A stretch of 64,000 bases of DNA from Patescibacteria group bacterium (GCA_041662585.1 JBAZSG010000004.1:18173-82172), one strand, 5' to 3'; shown: positions 17,218 through 27,199, counted from the first letter of the stretch. Numbers and translations: made by a program. The notes: generated from the sequence alone by a model not told the origin.

Positions 17218-17637
17218 CTAGCCTTCGGACTGCTTGACGGCGTCGAACTCGATCTCGACCAGAGCATCGAAGGGGAGCCAGGAGACACCGAAGGCCTTGC
17301 GCCTGGGCCTCACGACGGAGGTGTTGACTCCGAAGGAGACCTTCCAGCAATCGTTGAGGCAGGCGTAGTCCCGGGGGTAGTTGTCGCTGACGATCATGAC
17401 CGTCGCCGAGTGGACGTCGTCCGGCGTCAGACCGACAGCGATGAGCTGGTCGGCCATCTTCTGCAGTACCTCGACGACCTGCTCCTGGAAGTTGCCGTTG
17501 GACTTCAGCCGGCCGTTCTCGACGATGCCTATGGTGCCGGAGAAGTGGAAGTGGTTACCGACCTGCACGCAGGTTGAGTAGGGTTGACCCGGAGCTTCCA
17601 TATTGGCTATGGCAGCTGGCTTGGTTTTTTGGGGCAT
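17218..17637 (-). CDS. RidA/YjgF/UK114 family protein, GC-rich (start reassigned to 17637)
   Basis: PYS..VQVGN..HFSGTIG, PRRKAFGVSWLPFDALVEIE; AGGAGG Shine-Dalgarno upstream. Confidence 0.85.
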   Translation of the reverse strand: MPQKTKPAAIANMEAPGQPYSTCVQVGNHFHFSGTIGIVENGRLKSNGNFQEQVVEVLQKMADQLIAVGLTPDDVHSATVMIVSDNYPRDYACLNDCWKVSFGVNTSVVRPRRKAFGVSWLPFDALVEIEFDAVKQSEG

Positions 17638-17739
17638 GAAATACCTCCTATAGTGTACAGGTTTTGTCTGCTGGGCAGACGTTGGTTGATGGATAAAGTT
17701 ATAATAAATAACTATTTTTGTCAATAATTGTTTTAAATA

Positions 17740-17881
17740 AAAATGTACAATTTTGTAATTTTAAATATTTTATAAAATGTACAATTTTAAAGTAAAAATA
17801 TCAAAAAATAAGGTATTTTTAGCATAAAAATGTACAATATTATATTAAAAACTTGTCAAAAAATGTACAATTTGTTATACT
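17740..17881 (+). promoter_or_regulatory. Four AAAATGTACAAT boxes overlapping a sigma70 promoter
   Basis: Boxes at ~17740, 17774, 17827 and 17860; TTGTCA(17853)-17 bp-TATACT(17876). Confidence 0.7.
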
Positions 17882-17908
17882 TATTTTATAATATTAAGCT
17901 ATATAAAT

Positions 17909-18643
17909 ATGCCATACAAATTTGATATAAATGAAACTGCTGATATTTTGGGAGTCAATCCTTATACTTTACGTAGATGGGATAATAAAAAAATACTTAA
18001 AGCTAATAGAGATAGCGAAAAAGGACATCGTTATTATTTTGAAGATGATATAGAAATTTTTTTATCTAATAATTATAAGTATCTTTTAAAAATTGCCAAT
18101 AAATGGTCTCTTTCAAAGGAATCTATAAAAATACCATCTAGGTTCTATTGTGAAGATGCTTTTGTATTTAAGTCTCGTTTATCTAGATTTGCAGAAACTT
18201 TAAAGAGAGATGGTGTTCTTGGAGATTCTTTTTCACTGGTCACTTCTGTTGTAGGTGAAATTGGCAATAATTCATTTGATCATAATATTGGTAATTGGCC
18301 AGACATACCTGGAATATTTTTTGGATATAGTCTAAAAGAGCGTAAAATTATTTTAGCTGATAGAGGAAGAGGTGTGCTCACTACATTACAAAAAATTAGG
18401 CCAGAATTAGCCAATGATAAAGATGCTTTAAAAATAGCATTTACAGAAGTAGTGACCGGTAGATATCCAGAGAATAGAGGTAATGGATTGAAGTATGTCA
18501 AAAAAATAGTACAGAATAATAATATGTTTTTATGGTTTCATTCAGGGCAAAATGCTATTGTGCTAAAAAGTAAATCATCAGATTTGATAAATATAGACCT
18601 AGAGAAATATATGAGGGGGTGTTTTGTTATATTAGAATATTAA
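17909..18643 (+). CDS. MerR-type HTH fused to a HATPase-like domain
   Basis: ETADILGVNPYTLRRWD; EIGNNSFDH, ADRGRG, RGNGL. Confidence 0.8.
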   Translation: MPYKFDINETADILGVNPYTLRRWDNKKILKANRDSEKGHRYYFEDDIEIFLSNNYKYLLKIANKWSLSKESIKIPSRFYCEDAFVFKSRLSRFAETLKRDGVLGDSFSLVTSVVGEIGNNSFDHNIGNWPDIPGIFFGYSLKERKIILADRGRGVLTTLQKIRPELANDKDALKIAFTEVVTGRYPENRGNGLKYVKKIVQNNNMFLWFHSGQNAIVLKSKSSDLINIDLEKYMRGCFVILEY

Positions 18644-18659
18644 AAATTAAAATAAAATT

Positions 18660-18950
18660 ATGAATATAGAATTAAAAAAATTTGGCACTACTTTAACATC
18701 AAGAGATGGTGGTAAAGAAGCTTATAATGCACTGCAATCATCATTAATTAATTTTAAAGAAGATGAAGAATTGGTCGTAGATTTTAAGGGCGTTGATACT
18801 TTTTCTCCATCATGGGGGGATGAGTTTTTAGCAAATTTATTTAATAAATACAAAAATAGATTAGTACTTATCAATACTACTAATCCATCTGTAATCGCGA
18901 CTTTGGAAATGTTGTCAGATATAAAAGATATTAAATTTAATTTGCAATAG
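18660..18950 (+). CDS. STAS-like (DUF4325) protein
   Basis: LTSRDGG, VDFKGVDTFSPSWGDEF; usual partner of this type of ATP-binding protein. Confidence 0.75.
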   Translation: MNIELKKFGTTLTSRDGGKEAYNALQSSLINFKEDEELVVDFKGVDTFSPSWGDEFLANLFNKYKNRLVLINTTNPSVIATLEMLSDIKDIKFNLQ

Positions 18951-18984
18951 AAATAAGATATTTAATGATAAAAAATAATAAAAA

Positions 18985-20220
18985 CTAACTCTTACTACTA
19001 GCTTCACCAGCTAGTCGTCCAGTCGCCCAAGCTGCTTGGAGATTGAAGCCACCGGTATAGCCATCAATATCTAGTATCTCTCCAGCAAAATACAAGTTGG
19101 GACAAAGCTTTGATTCCATAGTACTAGGGTTTATCTCTTTTAAAGACACGCCACCAGCAGTGACAAACTCATCGCCAGCTCGACGACTTACTATCGTCAA
19201 GGGTATATTTTTTAACCAAGTACTGACAGCTTGAAATTCTGCTTTGCTTATTTCAGCATTTTTCTTTTGACCGTCTATAGCCAGTTGGGCTAGGAGGACA
19301 GTGGCTAGTGATAGTGGTATTACTTTGCGGATACTATGCTTAAATATTTTTTTGGGCTCAGCTTGAGCAAAGTTTTTTAATTTTTCTTTCAAGTCTTCCA
19401 GAGATAAGTCTGGAAATAGGTCTATAGATACTTTTAGAGGCTTAGTTTCGCTAAAATTTTCAAAAGCAATCAGTGATGACAGAGCAAAGACAGCTGGTCC
19501 ACTGATACCCCAGTGAGTAAAGAGAAAAGGACCAGAAAATTCATGTTTCTTTTTGGTATTAGCTTTTAATTTGGCATTTAGAAAAGACAGACCAGATACA
19601 TCACTAGGCCAAGTTTCTTTGGTGGTCAGTGAGCTGAGACTAGGGGCTAAGTTGCTGATAGTATGTCCTAGGCTTTCGGCTAGAGCGTAGCCATCACCAG
19701 TAGAGCCAGTGTGTCTGTAGGCTTGACCGCCCAAGGTCAAAATGACTTTGTCAGTAGTGAGTGCTTGGTGATTTTTAAAGTGAATAGTAAATTGTTTTTT
19801 ATTTTTTTCAATTTTTGTAACAGAGTGTTTGAGTAATATTTTTTGCTTGTCACTAGATAATATATTTTCAAAGACTCTGACTATATCTTGACCATTATTG
19901 GACACGGGAAAGACTCGCATATCAGCTTCGCATTTTAGAGCTACGCCGTGATTTTCAAACCAATCTTTTACTTCTCTAGGTGGGAAAGCATACATAGCTG
20001 AATTTAAAAATTTATTACCTCGTGGATATTTTTCTAGCACAGTTTTGATATCTTCAATGCCAGTAGTGACATTGCACCGGCCACCACCCGAGATGATTAC
20101 TTTTTTTCCTAGTGAGTCATTTCGCTCAATCAAAAAAACTTCCATTTCTGGATTGTTTTTCACTATAGTAGCGGCACACATCATGCCAGCTGCTCCACCA
20201 CCGATTACTGCTATACGCAT
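18985..20220 (-). CDS. HI0933/BaiN-family NAD(P)/FAD-dependent oxidoreductase
   Basis: IGGGAAGM, GKKVIISGGGRCNVT, FTHWGISGP, VTAGGV, GGFNLQAAW. Confidence 0.92.
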   Translation of the reverse strand: MRIAVIGGGAAGMMCAATIVKNNPEMEVFLIERNDSLGKKVIISGGGRCNVTTGIEDIKTVLEKYPRGNKFLNSAMYAFPPREVKDWFENHGVALKCEADMRVFPVSNNGQDIVRVFENILSSDKQKILLKHSVTKIEKNKKQFTIHFKNHQALTTDKVILTLGGQAYRHTGSTGDGYALAESLGHTISNLAPSLSSLTTKETWPSDVSGLSFLNAKLKANTKKKHEFSGPFLFTHWGISGPAVFALSSLIAFENFSETKPLKVSIDLFPDLSLEDLKEKLKNFAQAEPKKIFKHSIRKVIPLSLATVLLAQLAIDGQKKNAEISKAEFQAVSTWLKNIPLTIVSRRAGDEFVTAGGVSLKEINPSTMESKLCPNLYFAGEILDIDGYTGGFNLQAAWATGRLAGEASSKS

Positions 20221-20329
20221 AAAATTTATTTTATGCATTTATCTTAGCATATACTTTGATTTATTAAAAACATTTATTTTATAGTCTGGTTTTGCTATAA
20301 TAAGTATATATTAAATTAATTAAAAATAT

Positions 20330-20644
20330 ATGATTATCACAACAGGGGAAACTATCCCAGGCAAAAAAGTAGTTAAAATTTTGGGTATTTCACGAGGTAG
20401 CACAGTCAGAGCTCGCAATATTGGTCGAGATATTTTGGCCGGGCTCAAAAATATAGTCGGAGGAGAAATCAGTGAATACACCAAGCTCCAAGCCGAGTCT
20501 CGTGAACAGGCTATGGAGCGTATGATAGCCGATGCTAGCAAGCTAGGCGCTGATGCTGTCATCAATCTTCGAATACAAACATCTATGATTATGCAAAATG
20601 CTTCAGAGATGCTAGTTTATGGTACAGCTGTAAAAATAGAATAA
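20330..20644 (+). CDS. YbjQ/UPF0145 family protein
   Basis: DILAGLKNIVGGEISEYT, GADAVINLR, YGTAV. Confidence 0.9.
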   Translation: MIITTGETIPGKKVVKILGISRGSTVRARNIGRDILAGLKNIVGGEISEYTKLQAESREQAMERMIADASKLGADAVINLRIQTSMIMQNASEMLVYGTAVKIE

Positions 20645-20648
20645 TTAT

Positions 20649-20765
20649 ATGTCAAATTTAATTCCATTTTTGATTTGGGGTATTATCGGGATAATTCTTA
20701 TCTATCTTATTTTCAAAAGAATAAAAGACAAGAAGAAAGAAACTTTTGAAGATAGAGATAATTAA
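20649..20765 (+). CDS. 38-aa small membrane protein absent from the ORF track
   Basis: MSNLIPFLIWGIIGIILIYLIFKRIKDKKKETFEDRDN; starts 4 nt after ybjQ and precedes a terminator. Confidence 0.65.
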   Translation: MSNLIPFLIWGIIGIILIYLIFKRIKDKKKETFEDRDN

Positions 20766-20776
20766 TACAAAAAATG

Positions 20777-20814
20777 AAAGTCGCTCTCCATAGTGTTGGG
20801 GAGCGACTTTTTTT
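20777..20814. terminator. Bidirectional terminator
   Basis: AAAGTCGCTCTCCA..TGGGGAGCGACTTTTTTT between convergent genes. Confidence 0.75.
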
Positions 20815-20824
20815 GGTAGCGTGA

Positions 20825-21976
20825 TTAAGTACTAATCACTTTACACAGCACTAGCCACTTTTGCCATTTTTCATGATAAGCTCGGCGAAGCTCTTTGAGT
20901 TGTTGGCCTAGACTTTGTCTGGCTGGTTTATTGTGTTTGGGCGTAGCCCTATATTCCTTGATGGTTGTTGAGAGTTCTTTACTCAAGGTTCTTAGAGATT
21001 GATAGTATGAGTTTATGAGGTCCTCAATATTATGGTTGGGAAATAGTCCGTGCTTTTGTAAAGCAGCCTGTATCTTGGCTTTGTCCAAATTTTGGATTAG
21101 CCCCAAGAGCCGTTGATGATCCAAACCAATCAATCTATTGGTTATAGTATGGTTATTGTGTTTTTTTAGATCTTTGGCCAGACCTACTTTGCTCATCAAC
21201 CAAATGATCCATTTGTTGGGATCAAATTGATACCAGCGCCAACCATTGCGATAGTCGGCTGGAAAGGCATGGTGATAGCTGTGATAGCCTTCTCCCAGAG
21301 TTATACCAGCCAATATGGCATTGTTTCTGGCAGAGCACTCTCTGGAATAGGATTGCTCACCCCAATAGTGAGCTAGCGAATTGATAAACCACGTGATGTG
21401 GTACGAAAAGAACAAGCGTACACCAAAGACCATGACAAAGGCTCCTAGTAAGTCGCCGAGCATCCAGCTAGTTGTGACAATGACCAGGATGTTAGCGAGG
21501 ACGGCGAGTATTACAAAATAGCGGTTCTGAAAAACCACCAAGCGATTTTCCATCAAATCAGGTACGATTTTTTGGTCAATCTTTGGACGTTTTTCAAAAA
21601 GCCACAATATATGAGCATGGAGCAGACCTTTTTTGACATTGTAAGGATCTCCTTCCTTGTCGGTGTAGCGATGGTGGAGTCTGTGGTCATGACTCCAAGA
21701 CAAGGCTGATCCTTGAATAGTCAAAGTGGCCAAAAAGAGAAAAATACTCTCAGGTAGTTTGGCCATTTGGTATGCCCGATGCGAATAGAACCTATGATAA
21801 GCCGAGGTGACTCCTAGAATACTAGCAAAGAGCCAAAAGATACTTATCATTATCAAGCTCCCAGAAGGTGGGGCGAGATAAAAATAAAATGGCAAGCCAA
21901 GTATAGCTAGAACGTGTACGACGAAAATAAAAATACCAGGTGTGGTCCAGCTTAGATTGGAAAATTTTTCTTTCAT
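20825..21976 (-). CDS. Delta-9-type fatty acid (acyl-CoA) desaturase
   Basis: His boxes HRFYSH, HRLHH, HSYHH; INSLAH, GEGYH, DYRNG, QFDPNKW. Confidence 0.92.
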   Translation of the reverse strand: MKEKFSNLSWTTPGIFIFVVHVLAILGLPFYFYLAPPSGSLIMISIFWLFASILGVTSAYHRFYSHRAYQMAKLPESIFLFLATLTIQGSALSWSHDHRLHHRYTDKEGDPYNVKKGLLHAHILWLFEKRPKIDQKIVPDLMENRLVVFQNRYFVILAVLANILVIVTTSWMLGDLLGAFVMVFGVRLFFSYHITWFINSLAHYWGEQSYSRECSARNNAILAGITLGEGYHSYHHAFPADYRNGWRWYQFDPNKWIIWLMSKVGLAKDLKKHNNHTITNRLIGLDHQRLLGLIQNLDKAKIQAALQKHGLFPNHNIEDLINSYYQSLRTLSKELSTTIKEYRATPKHNKPARQSLGQQLKELRRAYHEKWQKWLVLCKVIST

Positions 21977-22110
21977 AATAGCTATCTCCTTATTTTTTTG
22001 TTATGATATCTTATTTTCTGTAGCAAGCTTAGCATATTATTGGATTTATTAAAACGTTACTTTTTGTTGGTTTTTTGCTATACTTAGTATATAAAATTAA
22101 AATAAAAATT

Positions 22111-23457
22111 ATGATTAAAAACAACCAAGGATTTAGTGATGCAATTAGTATGACTATTGTCTGTGGTATATTGGGTGCTTTGTTTATTACGGGAGTTTTT
22201 GTGTGGAAAGAAACTGAGCTTTTTAGAGCCAATCAATTTATAAACAAAATTTTTAACATTGAATTAAAGGCTGATACAAAAGACGAAGCTAAAACAATAA
22301 TACTCAATGAAGGACAACATGATATTGTTTTGGATGCTACAGACCAGACTTATATTTTAGCTGATAGTAAAACAGAGCTAGTCTTAAAAAGAGTCCATAC
22401 CATATATGAATTGGGTGGTGAAAATGGTGCATACGGTCCCAATAATATATTTGAAGAAAAAGGTCTTCCTTATCTGAAGATAGATGATGCTTGGTTAGAA
22501 ATTTTTAATGATGCCGAAATTTATAGTAATGGTTATAATATTAAATTGAAAAATAATGGTTGTGCTATTTTAGAAAAATTTCAAGAGGACTATTCTTATA
22601 ATTATATTGATAGTTGCAATATCAGTGTTGATATTAAAAAAGACGAGGCTGATTATATTTTACCCAAAGCCACGGAACATACATTTTCTTTTGATACTCG
22701 TTATGATGGCTTTTTGATAAAAAACAATTATGACAATTTTGTAGCCATTAGAGAAACAGGTTTTTATGTGGGCAATATTGACAACAGCAAAAATCCGCCA
22801 GAGCCAACGAGTTTAAGAGCAGGACTGGATATAATCACCAATTTTGGAGTAAAAAATATAGAATTTGATTTATTTGATGAGAAAGTATTAAATCGTGTTG
22901 ATAGTATAATCATCGGGCCATTAAAAATAAGCTATTCAATCAAAGATGTCGGCAATAGCAATACGCATTGTTATACCGGCTCCTGTATAAATATTTTTGT
23001 CATTGAACTCAAGTCAGAAGTAATTGATGATAAATATTCAGAAGTCAAGATTATCTCTCCGGCTTCATTATTAGAAGAGCCAACAAATGAAGAGCTACTT
23101 TTAGAAGCCATAAAATCAAATGATAAACAGCTGTGTAATAATATATTAGATTTGGACAAAGAATTGTGTATAAATGTTTTTGAAGATAAATGTGATGTAT
23201 ATTCAGATATAAATTTGGAATCATGCGAGTATTTTAAAACCATTTTAGACAATAGTATTGTCATTGATAATACGACAGTCTGTTTGCCAGAACAAAGAAA
23301 TGCCGATGCTTGTGTGTTTATATATGATCCAGTCTGTGCTAGTGTCAATGTAGAATGTATTACTGCGCCTTGTCCACCAATCAAACAAACTTTTTCAAAT
23401 TCATGTGAGGCTTGTCGTAATAGTCGGGTGATTGATTATATAAAAGGTGAGTGCTAA
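22111..23457 (+). CDS. Membrane-anchored exported protein with a C-terminal Kazal-like Cys motif
   Basis: N-terminal transmembrane segment; CVFIYDPVCA..CITAPC..TFSNSCEAC. Confidence 0.65.
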   Translation: MIKNNQGFSDAISMTIVCGILGALFITGVFVWKETELFRANQFINKIFNIELKADTKDEAKTIILNEGQHDIVLDATDQTYILADSKTELVLKRVHTIYELGGENGAYGPNNIFEEKGLPYLKIDDAWLEIFNDAEIYSNGYNIKLKNNGCAILEKFQEDYSYNYIDSCNISVDIKKDEADYILPKATEHTFSFDTRYDGFLIKNNYDNFVAIRETGFYVGNIDNSKNPPEPTSLRAGLDIITNFGVKNIEFDLFDEKVLNRVDSIIIGPLKISYSIKDVGNSNTHCYTGSCINIFVIELKSEVIDDKYSEVKIISPASLLEEPTNEELLLEAIKSNDKQLCNNILDLDKELCINVFEDKCDVYSDINLESCEYFKTILDNSIVIDNTTVCLPEQRNADACVFIYDPVCASVNVECITAPCPPIKQTFSNSCEACRNSRVIDYIKGEC

Positions 23458-23476
23458 TTAAATAAAAATTTATAAA

Positions 23477-23516
23477 CAAAAAACCGTCCTGAGCGTAGTC
23501 GAATGGACGGTTTTTT
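23477..23516. terminator. Bidirectional terminator with REP-like loop
   Basis: AAAAAACCGTCC-TGAGCGTAGTCGAAT-GGACGGTTTTTT. Confidence 0.7.
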
Positions 23517-23522
23517 AAAATA

Positions 23523-24026
23523 TTATTTTTTCTTTTTTTTGCTAGCTACTTTTTTCTTGGATGTTTTTTGTTTTACTACTTTATTGGAGCTAGCTTTTTT
23601 ATTTGATTCAGTTTTTTCTTCAGCTGGAGCATGGGGACTCAAAGCTTTTAAGAGCTCATCAAATTTGTAGTTTAGAGTTTTCAAACTCTTCAAGATATCT
23701 TTGGTATCATTGTTTTTGGCACCAGAGCTTCTATCTTCAAAGCTAGGTCTTCTATCTCTGTCGCCACCTCTGTCTCCACCACGTCTATCATTGCCTCTAT
23801 TACCACCACCTTGTTTACTAAAACAGTCACTACAAAAAATAGGTTTATCACCGCTAGGTTTAAAAGGTACTTCACAGCTTTTATGGCAAGCATCACAAAC
23901 TGCTTGGTGCATTGTTGGTCTTTCGCCTCTGTCTCTATTAAAACCACCACCACCGCGTCTATCTCCACCTCGGTCTCTATTAAAACCACCCCCGTGCCTA
24001 TCTCCACCTCTATTAAAGTTTCCCAT
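23523..24026 (-). CDS. CxxC-x17-CxxC zinc-ribbon protein with RGG/GGDR repeats
   Basis: MHQAVCDACHKSCEVPFKPSGDKPIFCSDCF. Confidence 0.85.
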   Translation of the reverse strand: MGNFNRGGDRHGGGFNRDRGGDRRGGGGFNRDRGERPTMHQAVCDACHKSCEVPFKPSGDKPIFCSDCFSKQGGGNRGNDRRGGDRGGDRDRRPSFEDRSSGAKNNDTKDILKSLKTLNYKFDELLKALSPHAPAEEKTESNKKASSNKVVKQKTSKKKVASKKKKK

Positions 24027-24166
24027 AGTTGATTTATATTAGTTAATATATTTTATATTCTAGCTATTTTATAGATAAATAGCAATAGCACTTGCTAAAT
24101 AAGCTATATTTTTGTAACCTTTTATAGCTAGCATGGTATTTAATAAATGTAAGCCAAAACAAATAA

Positions 24167-24700
24167 GTGAATTCACATAATGAGGAAAATTTGAAAAGTC
24201 TTATATTGTTGAGCATAGAGGGCAGGGAAAGTTCTTTTCAACAATTATATGAACATTTGTCAGATCAATTGTTTAGATTTGTATTTGCTCGTTGTAGCAA
24301 CAGAGAAGATACGCTGGACTTATTACAAGATATATTTGTTGATTTGTGGAAAGCTTTGCCAAAATTTAAATATTCTACCGATGCTGAATTTTATAGTTTT
24401 GTCTTTACGATTACTCGTCGTAAGCTCAGTAAATATTATAGGTTTAAAAATAAGTCTGTAGTCTTTGACGAAAAATATATCAGAGAAAATTATGAAATAC
24501 AGCCAGAGGATTATTGGCTACTTGAAAAGATAATCCCGAGGCTCAAAGATAAATATCGTCAGGTTTTAGAATTACGCTATTTTAGTGATTTCACTTTTGC
24601 TCAAATTGCAAAATTTTTGAACATCAAAGAATCTACAGCCAAGGTACAGCATCATCGAGCTATCAAACAACTCAGCGATATAATCAAAAAATATGAATAG
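24167..24700 (+). CDS. ECF-type RNA polymerase sigma factor
   Basis: DLLQDIFVDLW region 2; LELRYF..FAQIA..STAKVQHHRA region 4. Confidence 0.88.
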   Translation: MNSHNEENLKSLILLSIEGRESSFQQLYEHLSDQLFRFVFARCSNREDTLDLLQDIFVDLWKALPKFKYSTDAEFYSFVFTITRRKLSKYYRFKNKSVVFDEKYIRENYEIQPEDYWLLEKIIPRLKDKYRQVLELRYFSDFTFAQIAKFLNIKESTAKVQHHRAIKQLSDIIKKYE

Positions 24701-25550
24701 TAATATAAACAATAAACTAGAAAAAATAAAAACTAAATCTTTGTCATCAACAGAAAAAGATACTCTGTGGCAAGGTATTAGTCATGATATAAATCAAGAA
24801 AATAATTTATCATTTTTTAGTTTGTTGTTTAGTAGAAAAGTGGTGTTCAATATAGCTATAGCTATATTGGTAATTTTTGGAGGATTTATCGCTACTGTCC
24901 AAGCAGCCGATAGAGCCAAACCAGGTGACAAATTGTACGCTCTAGATAGAGCAGTAGAAAATATACAAATTACTTTTGCTTCTCCAGCCAATAAAGACAA
25001 ACTCAAAATAAAATTTTCTCAGGAAAGAGCTAGTGAAATACAAGGTGTAATTAAAAAAAATATTGATGAAGATTTTGAATTTGAAAAAGACAAAAATAAA
25101 AATTCCAATGTCGGGAATAATGTCGGGAATATAGAAGAATCTAGTCATGATGCCTTAAAATATATAATTAAAGTAAGGAATGAATTGTTTGAAAAAAACA
25201 ATCAAATAGCTGTAGATGATTTGGATATTTTGCTAGAGAGTGTACAGGCTAGTCTAGCTACATTGCCAGACAATATGAAAGTAGATGTAGAAATAGAAGA
25301 AGAAAACAACAAAGCTGAATTTAGGATTAATTTTAAAGATGAAGATGGTCAATTTAAGATAAAATATAAATCAGCCGAAAATAATAAAAATAATCGTAAT
25401 ACTAATGATAAAGAAGAAGAAGATGAAGATGAAAATGAGGATATTGAATTGAAAAATCAAAAACTTGATAATATTAATAATGACGAAGAAGAAGATGAAG
25501 ATGAAAATGAGGATGATGACAAAGATGATAAAGAAGATGAAGACAGATAA
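24693..25550 (+). CDS. Probable anti-sigma factor with DUF5667 domain and acidic tail
   Basis: Overlaps the sigma gene; one transmembrane segment; AKPGDKLYALDRAVE motif. Confidence 0.72.
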   Translation: MNSNINNKLEKIKTKSLSSTEKDTLWQGISHDINQENNLSFFSLLFSRKVVFNIAIAILVIFGGFIATVQAADRAKPGDKLYALDRAVENIQITFASPANKDKLKIKFSQERASEIQGVIKKNIDEDFEFEKDKNKNSNVGNNVGNIEESSHDALKYIIKVRNELFEKNNQIAVDDLDILLESVQASLATLPDNMKVDVEIEEENNKAEFRINFKDEDGQFKIKYKSAENNKNNRNTNDKEEEDEDENEDIELKNQKLDNINNDEEEDEDENEDDDKDDKEDEDR

Positions 25551-25628
25551 TAGAGGTTTTTGTGGCACTTCTTGTAATTATTTAGCCAAAGTGATATTTT
25601 AAATACATAACAAACTTTAAATAAAAGT

Positions 25629-26171
25629 ATGAAAAAAAATATTCTTATTTTTTTGCTGTCAGCAGTCATTATTGTTTTGGCTGTTTTTGGTTTTAATTAT
25701 TATAAAAAACCAGTCAATGAAAATTTAAATGTCAATAATAATGTCAATGACAATGGAAATCAGGTAAAAAAGTTAGCCACTGATTTGACAGTCAAAGTTT
25801 TTTTGGGCAACGAGCAATTTAATCCCAATGCTATGGATTGCAGCTTGGTTTATCCTGTTGAAAGAAAAGTAGCTGTTACTCCGGCGATAGCTAGAGCCGC
25901 TTTGAATAGTCTATTGCTTGGTCCAAGCAACACGGAAAAACAAAATGGATATTATACTTCTCTTAATACTGGAGTAAGTATTAATTCACTTAAGATTGAA
26001 AATAAAACTGCTTATGTGGATTTTGATAATCAATTGGAACAAGGGGTTGGTGGCTCTTGTCGAGTTTTGGCCATTGCTTCTCAAATCAGAGCTACACTGA
26101 TGCAGTTTGATACAGTAGAGAATGTAGTGATATCAATTGACGGCCGGACAGAAGATATTTTACAGCCATAA
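25629..26171 (+). CDS. GerMN-domain exported protein
   Basis: LLLGP, AYVDF, GGSCRV..I..QI..TLMQF..V..V.ISIDG. Confidence 0.82.
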   Translation: MKKNILIFLLSAVIIVLAVFGFNYYKKPVNENLNVNNNVNDNGNQVKKLATDLTVKVFLGNEQFNPNAMDCSLVYPVERKVAVTPAIARAALNSLLLGPSNTEKQNGYYTSLNTGVSINSLKIENKTAYVDFDNQLEQGVGGSCRVLAIASQIRATLMQFDTVENVVISIDGRTEDILQP

Positions 26172-26263
26172 TATTTTGAAATATTTATAAAATAAAAAGC
26201 TAGGTTTTAAAACTTAGCTTTTTGATTTGGGCTCTGAGATTATCGTCGTATAATTGTTTATAG

Positions 26264-27199
26264 TTATTCTTCAAAAACAATTTGGGAGACTATAAAGAGT
26301 AGATAAAATATTATCAAAACAATACCCTCGGATCTTTTTAAGTTCCGACCACTTCTATAAAATACAAAAACCAAAGACAAAAGAAGGGCCATACCGATAA
26401 GTAGTATATAGTAGGATTTATCAATAGTCAGACTAAAAGGACGAGTGACCGAGAACACACCAATCAACAGCACATTCACCATTGCTGATCCTAGTAAATT
26501 GCTCAAGGACAATTCTTTGACGTTGTTTTTCCAGGCTCTTATAGTCACAATTATTTCTGGGAAATTGGTACCAATGGCAAAAATAACAATACCAATCACA
26601 AATTTACTTAGTGGAAGTTGGTACAAAATTTTGGCTGTGAGATCAACTGTAAAATTTGCTACCAAGAGCACCATGATAATTCCCAAAATAAATAGAAAGA
26701 TGTTTTTTAGGAGGCCTTTGTTGTCCGAAAAATGAGGCATGTCAATTGTATGGTGTTGTCCTCGATATAAAATAATTAATAGGGCAAAATAGCCGATGAT
26801 AATAGTGAGTCCTTCGGCAACACCTAGGGTGCCATTGATTCCCAATAATACCGGTATAAATAAAAATAATAAGATACTAGCAAACTGCCAAAGATTTTGT
26901 TCGGAATTGATTTTTCTTTGTAGGTAGATATTGATTCCTAGTATTAAGCCAAACAAAACCATTATTCCACCAAATAGATTTCCCAAGGAAATATTGGGTA
27001 CATCATCAATGATGGCGTTTATACCAATGGCCATTTCTGGAAAGGAGGTAAAAAATCCCATTACTAATCCTAGAAAAAATATACCAATACCCAATTTCTC
27101 AGCGATAATACGTAAATTATAAATAGCTAGGTCAGCTGACTTGCCCAAAATATAAAATAAAGCCAGTAGTGCTAAAATAATGGTTATGGTTTGATACAT
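26264..27199 (-). CDS. Sodium/calcium exchanger family antiporter (YrbG-like)
   Basis: Two alpha repeats: TSFPE..GNLFG and GTNFPE..SNLLGS. Confidence 0.85.
   Translation of the reverse strand: MYQTITIILALLALFYILGKSADLAIYNLRIIAEKLGIGIFFLGLVMGFFTSFPEMAIGINAIIDDVPNISLGNLFGGIMVLFGLILGINIYLQRKINSEQNLWQFASILLFLFIPVLLGINGTLGVAEGLTIIIGYFALLIILYRGQHHTIDMPHFSDNKGLLKNIFLFILGIIMVLLVANFTVDLTAKILYQLPLSKFVIGIVIFAIGTNFPEIIVTIRAWKNNVKELSLSNLLGSAMVNVLLIGVFSVTRPFSLTIDKSYYILLIGMALLLSLVFVFYRSGRNLKRSEGIVLIIFYLLFIVSQIVFEE

Noticed and set aside
17158-17581. Plus-strand ORFs of 139 and 66 aa
   Set aside because: Stop-poor antisense frames of the GC-rich ridA gene.
9618-17881. CRISPR array or integron
   Set aside because: Repeats occur only twice or as short operator boxes; no regular spacers, cas genes or integrase.
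23690-24042. Several overlapping ORFs with repetitive peptides
   Set aside because: Alternative frames of the RGG-repeat gene.
25380-25550. GAAGAT-type short repeats
   Set aside because: Low-complexity acidic protein tail.
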